This document shows positions 13,442 to 25,009 of a stretch of 64,000 nt of DNA, in pieces. Each line of letters begins with the position of its first letter. Positions within the stretch are counted from its first letter, which is position 1. Origin of the DNA: Eledone cirrhosa (taxonomy: Eukaryota); assembly GCA_964016885.1 (NCBI GenBank), contig OZ024763.1:12586001-12650000 (forward strand). Reading direction: 5' to 3'. Made by a program: the position numbers and the translations under genes. The notes below the pieces were generated by a model that saw only the letters and a list, made by a program, of their open reading frames with translations, was not told the DNA's origin and made no database searches.

Positions 13442-13614
13442 AACTGGTGCTACTGCTGTTACTGGTGCTACTACTATTACTGCTGCTACTACTGCTCTTG
13501 CCACTGCTGCTACTACTACTACTACTACTACTACTACAACAACTGGTGCTACTGCTGTTACTGGTGCTACTACTACTACTGGTGCTACTACTGCTGTTGC
13601 CACTGCTGCTGCTG

Positions 13615-13651
<37 letters not shown>

Positions 13652-14625
13652 AACTGGTGCTACTGCTGTTACTGGTGGTGCTACTACTACTGCTGTTGCC
13701 ACTGCTGCTGCTACTACTACTACTACTACTACTACAACTGGTGCTACTGCTGTTACTGGTGCTACTAATACTACTACTGCTGCTACTACTGCTGTTGCCA
13801 CTGCTGCTACTACTACTACTACTACAACTGGTGCTACTGCTGTTACTGGTGCTACTACTACTACTGGTGCTACTACTGCTGTTGCCACTGCTGCTACTAC
13901 TACTACTACTACTACTACTACAACTGGTGCTACTGCTGTTACTGCTGCTACTACTACTACTACTACTACTACAACTGGTGCTACTGCTGTTACTGGTGCT
14001 ACTACTACTACTACTGTTACTACTACTACTGTTGCTACTACTGCTGTTGCCACTGCTGCTGCTGCTACTACTACTACTACTACAACTGGTGCTACTACTA
14101 CTACTGCTGCTACTACTGCTGTTGCCACTGCTGCTACTACTACAACTGGTGCTACTGCTGCTAATACTACTACTATTACTACTGTTGCTACAACTATTAG
14201 TGCTGCTACCGCCGCTACTACTACTACTACTGGTGCTGCTACTACTACTACTACTGCTGGTGTTACTGCTACTGCTGCTAATAATACTACTGGTGCTACT
14301 ACTACTGCTGCTACTACTATTACTACTCCTGGTGCTACTGCTGCTTTTACTACTACTGCTATTAATGCCCCTACTACTACTACTACTATTACTACTACCA
14401 CCATTACTACTACTATTGCTGGTGCTAGTTCAGTTCCTGCTGATGATGATGATGGGTGACTGATGAGATAGGCACTAAAACTGCAGTAATGGTGTTTAGT
14501 ACTGAGGAAAGGCGCACCTGCTACAATCACCCCTATCTAGTAGTAGTATTAGCAGCAGTAGCAGTAACACCAGTAGTAGTAGTAGTAGTAGTAGTAGCAG
14601 CACCAGCACCACCAGTAGTAGTAGA
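13149..14625. repeat. Complex (CTA/CTG)n triplet array with higher-order units
   Basis: Directly visible. Confidence 0.9.
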
Positions 14626-14632
14626 GGCGGCA

Positions 14633-14823
<191 letters not shown>

Positions 14824-14931
14824 GGTCTACTACATTTTCCAATGTATCCTTGTTGTAGTGGTTTAGCCCATGCATGTCGGAAGAAAGGTTTTGCAGTCAT
14901 AACCATGATGTCTATATATACATATATACAT

Positions 14932-14978
<47 letters not shown>

Positions 14979-15072
14979 TATATATACACGCACACACATA
15001 TATATATATATACACACACATATATATACACACACACACATATATATACACGCACACACATATATATACACG

Positions 15073-15118
<46 letters not shown>

Positions 15119-15240
15119 TATATATATATATACACACACACATATATATATATATACACACACACATATATATACACGCACACACATATATATATATACA
15201 CACACATATATATACACACACACACATATATACACACACA

Positions 15241-15280
<40 letters not shown>

Positions 15281-15310
15281 CACGCACACATATCATTGTA
15301 ACCACACAGC

Positions 15311-15349
<39 letters not shown>

Positions 15350-15418
15350 TGTATATATATACTGTATATATATATATATATATATACAGTATATATATAT
15401 ATACAGTATGTATATATA

Positions 15419-15496
15419 GTTGGAAAATCACTGACGAAGGACTATTTTTATCATATGTAACCCATGTGCAACCACGCAGTATTCTTCTTTCTTCTC

Positions 15497-15503
<7 letters not shown>
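15419..15503 (+). mobile_element. Family C 3' fragment (CUGANGA strand of the rearranged motif)
   Basis: GTTGG-AAAATCA-CTGACGA-AGGAC plus a tail homologous to minus-strand 51551-51640; (TA)n on both sides. Confidence 0.6.
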
Positions 15504-15556
<53 letters not shown>

Positions 15557-15611
15557 AATACAGGAATTGAACTATCAAGACCGTAGAGGTATGTCATACA
15601 TCAAATCATAT

Positions 15612-15671
15612 TTTATCTGATGAGGACGTACTGAAAAAACAACACAGTACCTTCGAAATATATATAATAAA
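15612..15671 (+). ncRNA. Type I hammerhead ribozyme, family D copy 1 (element 15553-15720)
   Basis: TTTAT-CTGATGA-GGAcGTACTG..CAGTACcTTC-GAA-ATatatAT-A-ATAAA. Confidence 0.75.
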
Positions 15672-15716
15672 CCATATATTTTGATTATGGGAATATCTTC
15701 ATTTGTTAATATTTTG

Positions 15717-15788
<72 letters not shown>

Positions 15789-16021
15789 TTAATTTAATTT
15801 AATTTAATTTATATATATATATAGTTATACTTGGGGAGGGTCATAATTGTGTAATATTGCCAGAATTAATAACAGAACACACTCACTGTTTGGTTGGTTT
15901 TCGCTTGGTTGGTTTCCCCAAGTATAACAATATTTGCTTGGTTGGTTTCCCCAAGTATAACAATATTTGTTTCGACACACGATTTCATATAAAAAAACTT
16001 CGCAAAACTAATTCATCGCCG

Positions 16022-16074
<53 letters not shown>

Positions 16075-16162
16075 CGACCGAACTAGAAACTGCTAAATGT
16101 GTGGCCGCCTTCTGCCGCTGCATTTTCAGGCCCATGGATTATATTCCTTTGTTATATTTCGA

Positions 16163-16220
16163 ATACCTGATGATGTCACCGGATTCATACTGAACCCGGT
16201 CATTGAAATGTTCATAGTAT
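16163..16220 (+). ncRNA. Type I hammerhead ribozyme, family E (element about 16072-16268)
   Basis: ATAC-CTGATGA, stem II (ACCGG/CCGGT, TTCA/TGAA), GAA-ATgttcAT-A-GTAT. Confidence 0.7.
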
Positions 16221-16284
16221 AATAAACCTTTAAGCAATTACACCAGTCCAGCCTCCTGTTATTTTATTATATATATATATATAT

Positions 16285-16463
16285 AATTGTTTCTACTTTT
16301 GGCACAAGGCCAGCAATTATCCCAGTGTATTACTGGTACTTTATTTTATCGACCCCGTAAGGATGAAAGGCAAAGTTAACCTCGACGGGATTTGAACTCA
16401 GACAGTAAAGGGACGTAACTATGCTGGAAAGCATGGCGTCCGACCCTCTACCGATACTGCCAA
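16285..16463 (-). mobile_element. tRNA-derived SINE
   Basis: Near-consensus copy with A and B boxes. Confidence 0.9.
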
Positions 16464-16510
16464 ATTTAAAATATTAATAAATGGAGACATTCACGTAATC
16501 AAAATATATG

Positions 16511-16572
16511 TTTTATTATATATATTTCGGAGGTACTGTGCTGTTTTTTCAGTACGTCCTCATCAGATAAAA
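16511..16572 (-). ncRNA. Type I hammerhead ribozyme, family D copy 2 (element 16466-16633)
   Basis: Minus strand TTTTAT-CTGATGA-GGAcGTACTG..CAGTACcTCC-GAA-ATatatAT-A-ATAAAA. Confidence 0.8.
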
Positions 16573-16632
16573 TACATAAATTGATGTATGACATAACTCA
16601 ACTGTGCTGATGGTTCAATTCCAGTCTTGGCA

Positions 16633-16712
<80 letters not shown>

Positions 16713-16715
<3 letters not shown>

Positions 16716-16913
16716 GAAGGAAATGTGGTAGGGAACCAGGTGGACCATAACGCACCAAAGTATTCAATACTTAGGGTAGTAGAGTGTGTAATAGGAACGA
16801 GTAGGACCCCGACGGCTGAGCTCAATCCGTTTCGACGGCTAATTCTGGACTAAATTTAGTCCAGAATTAGCCGTCGAAACGGCTTGAGCTCAGCCGTCGG
16901 GGTCCTACTCGTT

Positions 16914-16918
<5 letters not shown>
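16713..16918. mobile_element. Family B element with 64-bp fold-back
   Basis: Palindrome 16791-16918 (1 mismatch) carrying the HHR 3' half GAA-ACGGCT..AGCCGT-C; flanked by (TA)n. Confidence 0.8.
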
Positions 16919-16966
<48 letters not shown>

Positions 16967-17487
16967 GCACACATATCAGTCTAACCACACAGTCTAATAT
17001 ATATATATATACACACACACACATTTCATTGGGTTATGCACCCCACCCCAGCCTGTTATAAAAATCTATATATGTATGTACTAGTTTAACGCTTCATATA
17101 ATAGACAACTCAATAACATGGCAGGTTAGTGTCAGATCTAAAGTTTCCCACTAATTGTAAATGGTGTAATCGATGACATTTGATGACGTCATCGTTATCG
17201 TCTGCCAACACTCAGACAATTTACTTTTAAATGTTTCCAATAAATAATTATCGATCTCCATCTATAACAATAAATAATACATTTGTCTTTCAATTGAGAT
17301 CAACGCAACTCTAGCTGTTGTTGTTGTTGTTGTTTTTATAGTTGCTTTTGATTTTACTGCTGGCATTGTTGTTGTCACTGTTGTTCTTGTTTTGGATGTT
17401 GTTGTTGTTGTTTTGGATGTTGCTGTTGTTGTTGTTGTTTTGGATTTTCTTTTTCTTGTTGTTGGTGTTGTGGCTGCAGATTTTGCT

Positions 17488-17547
<60 letters not shown>

Positions 17548-17629
17548 ATGTTTATGAATATACATGTACGTAAGTACATATGTATATTGGGTCGTCAAGT
17601 ACGACATATATATATATATATATATATAT

Positions 17630-17891
17630 TGTCAGTGTTGAACAAAAGGGCAACGATGGTTGCTAGACACTGTACGGCTTAATTCGGGCTGTTTGTTTAC
17701 AAACAAACCGAACATTATAATAAATGTTCGGTAAACCCATACGTACATGTATATATGTGTGCATGTATGTATATATATATACATACTACTGTACGTCTGT
17801 ATACATATATGTATGTACGCGTACACACTTATATTTAAGTAACAGCCGTACTAAGAGTGAGAAATGAAATTTCGTTTCATTTTGTCCATTT
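17630..17891 (+). mobile_element. Family F fragment plus module G
   Basis: 17630-17833 is a diverged reverse complement of 19482-19684; 17836-17891 is a direct copy of 19865-19921. Confidence 0.75.
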
Positions 17892-18012
17892 ATATATATA
17901 TCCTTTTACGAATTGCCAACACTTTATCACTACCTTGATGTCACTTGTGTCATCACCTTGCCACTGTCATTATATTACACACACACACACACACACACGC
18001 ACCCCGACCTAG

Positions 18013-18045
<33 letters not shown>

Positions 18046-18371
18046 GATAAATATATATATATTTATACACACACACACATACGTGTATATATGTATATAT
18101 ATATATCCAGATACAGATGAGTGATTGAAAAGAGGGTAGGGGTTATCAAAGAACAGAAAATATAACATTACACAACAAGAAGTGAAAATAAATCTAATTA
18201 TATGTGGTGGTAAGGGGAGGGGAGCAGAGATTTAATGGCGGAGGAAATCTTATATGGACGCCATGATGTAAACCTGACCGGAAGTTGTCTAAAATGAATC
18301 CGCACGAACTATAATTATACATCACTGATCACTAGTTCACATATTTCACCTACAGACAACCACATATACAT

Positions 18372-18406
<35 letters not shown>

Positions 18407-18409
18407 TAT

Positions 18410-18470
<61 letters not shown>

Positions 18471-19373
18471 CACTTACACACTAACTTACTTATATACACG
18501 TACATATACACATGTATACACAGACATATGCATATATACATGTATGCATACTAAACTATATATATATATATACACACACACAAATATATGCACACGGGTA
18601 TATCTACTTACAAGTATACTTACACACACAGACAACACAGACATATATATACATATATATATATATTCCCGCATACATATTCACGTGCAAACATATGCAA
18701 ATGAGCACACACACACACACAAACAACCCCTCCCCATTGCAAGACACCACACATATACACGTACAGCTACATAGTCATGGCAACACACGCGCCCACACAT
18801 GTTTTACATGCGTATATGCACACACACACACACACACACACATATATACAAGCGCGCTCACTTGCCTCATACTTACACACCTATGTGGTCAGCCATTTAT
18901 ATTCACACACACACACACACTATCCTACATATATACATATACGCGCACTTATAAACACACTCACCCCTTCATATTTATACATACAAACTCTCTCGCACTC
19001 ATATACAAGTACACACACATCTTCATACACACACACACGCATGCAAGCTGTTAGTCATCCATGTTCATACACCAACCACGCACACATATATACACATACA
19101 GGCACCTATATACGCACACAAACTCTCACATACGCACACATACAGGCACACACCTCACCTTCATATATACACAAACATATACATGCACACCTACTCCATA
19201 TATACACACACATATACAAGCACACCCCCTCCATATATACACACACACATACAAAAACACGCATATACCTTCAGATACACACACATACATGCACTCACAC
19301 CTTCATATATACACACACACATGCGGTCAGCCATCCACATACACACACACCCCTTCCTATTTAACACTGACAT

Positions 19374-19445
<72 letters not shown>

Positions 19446-19450
19446 GTATG

Positions 19451-19484
<34 letters not shown>

Positions 19485-19689
19485 AGTATGCATACGTACA
19501 TTCATATATGTATACAGATGTACAGTAGTATGTATATATATACATACATGCACACATATATATGTATGTACGTATGAGTTTACTGAACATTCATTATAAC
19601 GCTCGGTTTGTTTGTAAACAAACAGCCCGAATTAAGCCGTACAGTGTTTAGCAACCATCGTTGCCCATTTGTTCAACACTGACACAGGA

Positions 19690-19732
19690 ACGATGTACTA
19701 GTTTCAAGCTTATTAGCTATCGTCAGCATCGT
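19690..19732 (-). ncRNA. Type I minimal hammerhead ribozyme, family F (element 19482-19921)
   Basis: Minus strand ACGATG-CTGACGA-T-AGCT-aata-AGCT-T-GAA-ACtaGT-A-CATCGT. Confidence 0.8.
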
Positions 19733-20130
19733 ATACCTTCCTGCCAGATGATTGAACGTCTGAAAGTATATACTTTCCTAATGCATATTAACGGCTGAGC
19801 AGCCTAATTTGCATATCGAGTGAGTTAGTCGGCCGGGCGCACCAAAAACGATAAATGGAAAAAATAAGTAACAGTCGTACTAAGAGTGAGAAATGAAATT
19901 TCGTTTCATTTTTTCCATTTATATATATATATATTTATATATATATAGGGTGTCCTAAAAAGTGTATAATATATTTATTAGTATGCTGTTGAAGTGTGTA
20001 TACATTTTTTGGGGGACACCCTGTAAATATAAATATATATATATATATATACAGGGTGTCCTAAAAAGTGTATACATATATTTATTAGTATGCTGTTGAA
20101 GTGTGTATACATTTTTGGGGGGACACCCTG

Positions 20131-20166
<36 letters not shown>

Positions 20167-20250
20167 CGTTATTCCGGGTTGAATCGGAGGTAACCACAGT
20201 AAGTAAGGTACTCAATACATTGCAGAGTATAAAAGTTTTAATATAGATGA

Positions 20251-20299
20251 GATTCTACAGGACTAGAACTGTTTCATTCTTTAGAAATCATCAGGAATC
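20251..20299 (-). ncRNA. Type I hammerhead ribozyme, family A (left arm of palindrome)
   Basis: Exact reverse complement of 20301-20349. Confidence 0.8.
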
Positions 20300-20300
20300 A

Positions 20301-20349
20301 GATTCCTGATGATTTCTAAAGAATGAAACAGTTCTAGTCCTGTAGAATC
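20301..20349 (+). ncRNA. Type I hammerhead ribozyme, family A (right arm of palindrome)
   Basis: GATTC-CTGATGA-T-TTC-taaa-GAA-T-GAA-ACAG-ttctagtc-CTGT-A-GAATC. Confidence 0.8.
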
Positions 20350-20362
20350 TCATCTATATTAA

Positions 20363-20420
<58 letters not shown>

Positions 20421-20528
20421 GGTGTCCTAAAAAGTGTATACATATATTTATTAGGATACTGTTGAAGTGTGTATACATTTTTGGGCGGACACCCTGTGCA
20501 TATAAAATTTTTTTTTTTTTTTTTTTTT

Positions 20529-20845
20529 GCGCGGGGACATAGAAATAATCGGGCTGGATGCCCGATCGCGCAGTTAAACCACTGGGAGTGAAGGACCCCT
20601 AGCCCTTGTCAGGGCATTCTTCTAGGGGAAGGCAACTCAGGAAACTGGGTTAACTCCGATATAAAACCTGCGGCTCAGTAGTTACCGATGATGTTGATCT
20701 TTTCTTCTTTTCGGGTTATAGCTACTGTCTCTCAGAGAGTGGGACTGGCTCAGTGCACAGTCTTTCCTCACTTTAAAACATATTCTTCACGCACAGGCAT
20801 TGCACGAGTGCAAATGGCCATACTCGATAACGAGGGGGCAGCCAT
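20529..20845 (+). mobile_element. Dispersed repeat resembling an RTE-type LINE 5' region
   Basis: Diverged reverse copies at about 53141-53445, 53625-53865 and 56897-57058; the RTE assignment is recall-based. Confidence 0.5.
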
Positions 20846-20855
20846 CATATATATA

Positions 20856-20992
<137 letters not shown>

Positions 20993-21005
20993 GCAGCGAC
21001 CTTAC

Positions 21006-21128
21006 CATACAGCTGTACGACACGTGACCTGGCACCCCGGGTAGAGATTGTCTGTCACACATTGATTCATTGGAAATGTGTGATTGTGCACATCCGGGCT
21101 TCCGAAATGATATGAGAACGGGAAAGTC
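21006..21128 (-). CDS. Weak candidate exon end (TFPFSYHFGSPDVHNHTFPMNQCVTDNLYPGCQVTCRTAV)
   Basis: Unique island ending in a GTAAG donor at 21005; two minus frames are open, so the frame is uncertain. Confidence 0.25.
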
Positions 21129-21159
21129 CTCAGGGGTGGTGAGTGAGGGAGCGGGTGTA

Positions 21160-22020
21160 TGGTGGTGGTGGTGTTGGTGGTGGTGGTGTTGGTGGTGGTG
21201 GTGTTGGTGGTGGTGGTGTTGGTGGTGTTGGTGGTGTGGGTGGTGGTGGTGGTGGTGGTGGTGGTGGTGGTGGTGGTGGTGGTGGTGATGTATGGTGGTG
21301 GTGGTGGTGGTGGTGGTGTGGGTGGTGGTGGTGTGTGGTGGTGGTGGTGGTGTTGGTGTTGGTGGTGGTGGTGGTGTTGGTGGTGGTGGTGGTGGTGGTG
21401 GTGTTGGTGGTGGTGGTGGTGTTGGTAGTAGTGGTGTTGGTGTTGGTGGTGGTGGTGGTGGTGGTGGTGGTGGTGGTGTTAGTGGTGGTGTTGGTGGTGG
21501 TGGTGGTGGTGGTGTTGGTGGTGGTGGTGTTGGTAGTGGTGGTGGTGGTGGTGTTGGTGGTGGTGGTGGTGGTGGTGGTGGTGGTGGTGGTGGTGGTGGT
21601 GGTGGTGGTAGTGGTGTTGGTGGTGGTGGTGGTGGTGGTGGTGGTGGTAGTAGTGGTGTTGGTGGTGGTGGTGATGTATGGTGGTGGTGGTGGTGGTGAT
21701 GGTGGTGGTGGTGTATGGTGGTGGTGGTGGTGGTGGTGGTGGTGTTGGTGGTGTTGGTAGTAGTGGTGTTGGTGTTGGTGGTGGTGTTGGTGGTGGTGGT
21801 GGTGGTGGTGGTGGTGTTGGTGGTGTTGGTAGTAGTGGTGTTGGTGTTGGTGGTGGTGGTGGTGTTGGTGGTGTTGGTAGTAGTGGTGTTGGTGTTGGTG
21901 GTGGTGGTGGTGGTGTTGGTAGTAGTGGTGTTGGTAGTAGTGGTGGTGGTGTTGGTAGTAGTGGTGGTGGTGTTGGTAGTAGTGGTGGTGGTGGTGGTGG
22001 TGGTGATGTATGGTGGTGGT
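21160..22020. repeat. (GGT)n-rich triplet array
   Basis: Directly visible. Confidence 0.9.
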
Positions 22021-22324
22021 GTGAGGGGTGTTGATGGTGTGCGGGGGGTGACTGAGAGGGGGAGTTGGAGGTGTGTATTGTGGTGGTGGTGACTGAGAGG
22101 GTAGTGGGAGGGATGAAGGGATGTTGTAGGGGTGCTGGTGGTGTGGTGGTGGTGGTGGGGTGGGGGTGATAGTGTGGTAATGTGTTGGTGGTGGAGTGCC
22201 TAATGTCGTCGTCGTAGTAGTAGTAATGGTGGTAGCAGTAGTAGTGGTAGTAGTAGTAGTAGTAGTAGCATTAGTAGTAGTAGTAGTAATGGTGGTGGTA
22301 GCAGTAGTGGTAGTGGTGGTAGTT

Positions 22325-22410
22325 GCAGTGTAATTAAAGGGATCAGCGATGATGAGGGTTCGCTTGGATAGAGTCAATATGGCTTCCAATGTAAACTTGA
22401 AGACTGATTG
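22325..22410 (-). CDS. Candidate exon start (QSVFKFTLEAILTLSKRTLIIADPFNYT)
   Basis: Strong CCCCTCTCCAG acceptor at 22411; frame stays open into low-complexity sequence. Confidence 0.3.
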
Positions 22411-22860
22411 CTGGAGAGGGGGGAGGGGCTGATAAGTAGAGGAGGGGGTAGTAGTAGATGGTAGTAGTGGGGAGTAGGAGTGGGAGTAGGGAGGGTGTAA
22501 AGAGCAGAAGGTAGGGGCGACATGAGGAGTGGGGAGATGGGAATGGTGGACAGATGGTTGTAGTACATAGTAGTAGTAGGAGGAGAGGAGGGGAGGAGCA
22601 ATAGCCAGGAGGGTAGTAGTAGTAGTAGGAGGAGGAGAGGAGGGGAGGAGCAAGAGCCAGGAGGGTAGTAGTAGTGGGAGGAGGAGGAAGAGGAGGGGAA
22701 TATATCGAAAGGGTTTCCTCACATCCTGTGGTCAAGACAAAAGACATCGTTTAAAGGGGCTCAGAACATGGAGGGGAGGACTGAACATAGTAGTAGTGGT
22801 AGTGGTGGTAGTGGTGGTAGTGGTGGTGGTGGTGGTGGTAGTGGTAGTGGTAGTAGTAGT

Positions 22861-24208
22861 AACAGTAGTAGTAGTAGTAGTAGCAGCAGTAGTCCTCTAC
22901 AACCCTAGTAGCAGTAGTAGCAGCAGCAGTAGTCCTCTACAACCCTAGTAACAGTAGTAGCAGCAGCAGTAGTCCTCTACAACCCTAGTAACAGTAGTAG
23001 CAGCAGCAGTAGTCCTCTACAACCCTAGTAACAGTAGTAGCAGCAGCAGTAGTCCTCTACAACCCTAGTAACAGTAGTAGCAGCAGCAGTAGTCCTCTAC
23101 AACCCTAGTAACAGTAGTAGCAGCAGCAGTAGTCCTCTACAACCCTAGTAACAGTAGTAGCAGCAGCAGTAGTCCTCTACAACCCTAGTAACAGTAGTAG
23201 CAGCAGCAGTAGTCCTCTACAACCCTAGTAACAGTAGTAGCAGCAGCAGTAGTCCTCTACAACCCTAGTAGCAGTAGTAGCAGCAGCAGTAGTCCTCTAC
23301 AACCCTAGTAACAGTAGTAGCAGCAGCAGTAGTCCTCTACAACCCTAGTAACAGTAGTAGCAGCAGCAGTAGTCCTCTACAACCCTAGTAGCAGTAGTAG
23401 CAGCAGCAGTAGTCCTCTACAACCCTAGTAGCAGTAGTAGCAGCAGCAGTAGTCCTCTACAACCCTAGTAACAGTAGTAGCAGCAGCAGTAGTCCTCTAC
23501 AACCCTAGTAGCAGTAGTAGCAGCAGCAGTAGTCCTCTACAACCCTAGTAGCAGCAGTAGCAGCAGCAGTAGTCCTCTACAACCCTAGTAGCAGTAGTAG
23601 CAGCAGCAGTAGTCCTCTACAACCCTAGTAACAGTAGTAGCAGCAGCAGTAGTCCTCTACAACCCTAGTAGCAGTAGTAGCAGCAGCAGTAGTCCTCTAC
23701 AACCCTAGTAACAGTAGTAGCAGCAGCAGTAGTCCTCTACAACCCTAGTAAGCAGTAGTAGCAGCAGCAGTAGTCCTCTACAACCCTAGTAGCAGTAGTA
23801 GCAGCAGCAGTAGTCCTCTACAACCCTAGTAACAGTAGTAGCAGCAGCAGTAGTCCTCTACAACCCTAGTAACAGTAGTAGCAGCAGCAGTAGTCCTCTA
23901 CAACCCTAGTAGCAGTAGTAGCAGCAGCAGTAGTCCTCTACAACCCTAGTAGCAGTAGTAGCAGCAGCAGTAGTCCTCTACAACCCTAGTAACAGTAGTA
24001 GCAGCAGCAGTAGTCCTCTACAACCCTAGTAGCAGTAGTAGCAGCAGCAGTAGTCCTCTACAACCCTAGTAACAGTAGCAGCAGCGGCAGTAGTCCTCTA
24101 CAACCCTAGTAGCAGTAGTAGCAGCAGCAGTAGTCTTCTACAACCCTAGTAGCAGTAGTAGCAGCAGCAGTAGTCCTCTACAACCCTAGTAGCAGTAGTA
24201 GCAGCAGC
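22861..24208. repeat. 40-bp minisatellite, about 33 near-identical copies
   Basis: Unit AGTCCTCTACAACCCTAGTA(A/G)CAGTAGTAGCAGCAGCAGT. Confidence 0.97.
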
Positions 24209-24652
24209 ACACTTATACATTTACGTACATACACATACACATATACATATACACATATACATATACACATTTACATATACATATACACATATACACATAT
24301 ACACATACATATACATATATACATATACACATTTACATATACACATTTACGTATACACATTTACGCATACACAAATACACACACACAGAGATAACATACA
24401 CACATATACACACAAATACACACATACACGCTTACATATATACTCGCAAACACACACACACGTACATGTAAACATAGGTACATTTACACGTAGAGAAACA
24501 GAGACACACATATACACACCAACACACATACACTCACACACACGCATGTATGTTATATAACAAAGGTTCTTATATATAAAATATTTGTAGATAAATATAA
24601 ACATTTTTACACTTTCATTATCAGATTTCTCATAAAAGACACTGGCCCTCAT

Positions 24653-24900
24653 TCGGCCCCAAACCCTGGTACCGTGGCCTGCTATGCAGAGGAAAGGAAG
24701 ATAAACAAATACCGGGGATTTGTCCGGCAGCTTCCTCTTCTCGGCGGTCGCTGTCGAGACCTCAGGCGTACTTGGGCCCCGTACTGCTGAGCTCCTCGAC
24801 AAGATCGGAACGTCAGCAGCCCATCTGAGGATGGAACCCCGCGAGGTGGAGTGGCTGTTGTAACACGTGTCCTTGACCATTGTTCACACCACCGTGCCCT
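24653..24900 (+). pseudogene. CRE-clade non-LTR retrotransposon restriction-like endonuclease C-terminus (decayed)
   Basis: AEERKINKYR-(frameshift)-DLSGSFLFSAVAVETSGVLGPRTAELLDKIG..EPREVEWLL*HVSLTIV matches the AE..K..KY..F...A.ET.G..G..L.Q..S pattern. Confidence 0.7.
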
Positions 24901-25009
24901 AGGCCCAGAACCCAATCAACCCCTTCCCCATTCTTCAAAGCCCTAGCCTTTCCCTTCCTTTTACGTTTTTTATTTTTATTTTACACTCCATTCTTTCTTC
25001 TCAGCGAAA

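Larger units (their letters stand above)
19947..20496. mobile_element. Three ~79-bp Tc1/mariner-type MITEs (19947-20023, 20052-20130, 20418-20496)
   Basis: TIR CAGGGTGTCC/GGACACCCTG extending to AAAAAGTGTATAC/GTATACATTTTT; TA flanks. Confidence 0.8.

Noticed and set aside
13075-14530. Long Leu-, Val- or Thr-rich (mucin-like) ORFs
   Set aside because: Triplet repeat open in several frames on both strands, with no domain evidence.
22723-22780. In-frame TGA in candidate exons (also 43506-43508) as selenocysteine
   Set aside because: Exon boundaries are unproven, no SECIS was seen, and alternative acceptors remove the TGA.
22861-24208. CRISPR-like array
   Set aside because: Units are identical with no unique spacers; eukaryotic context with no cas genes.
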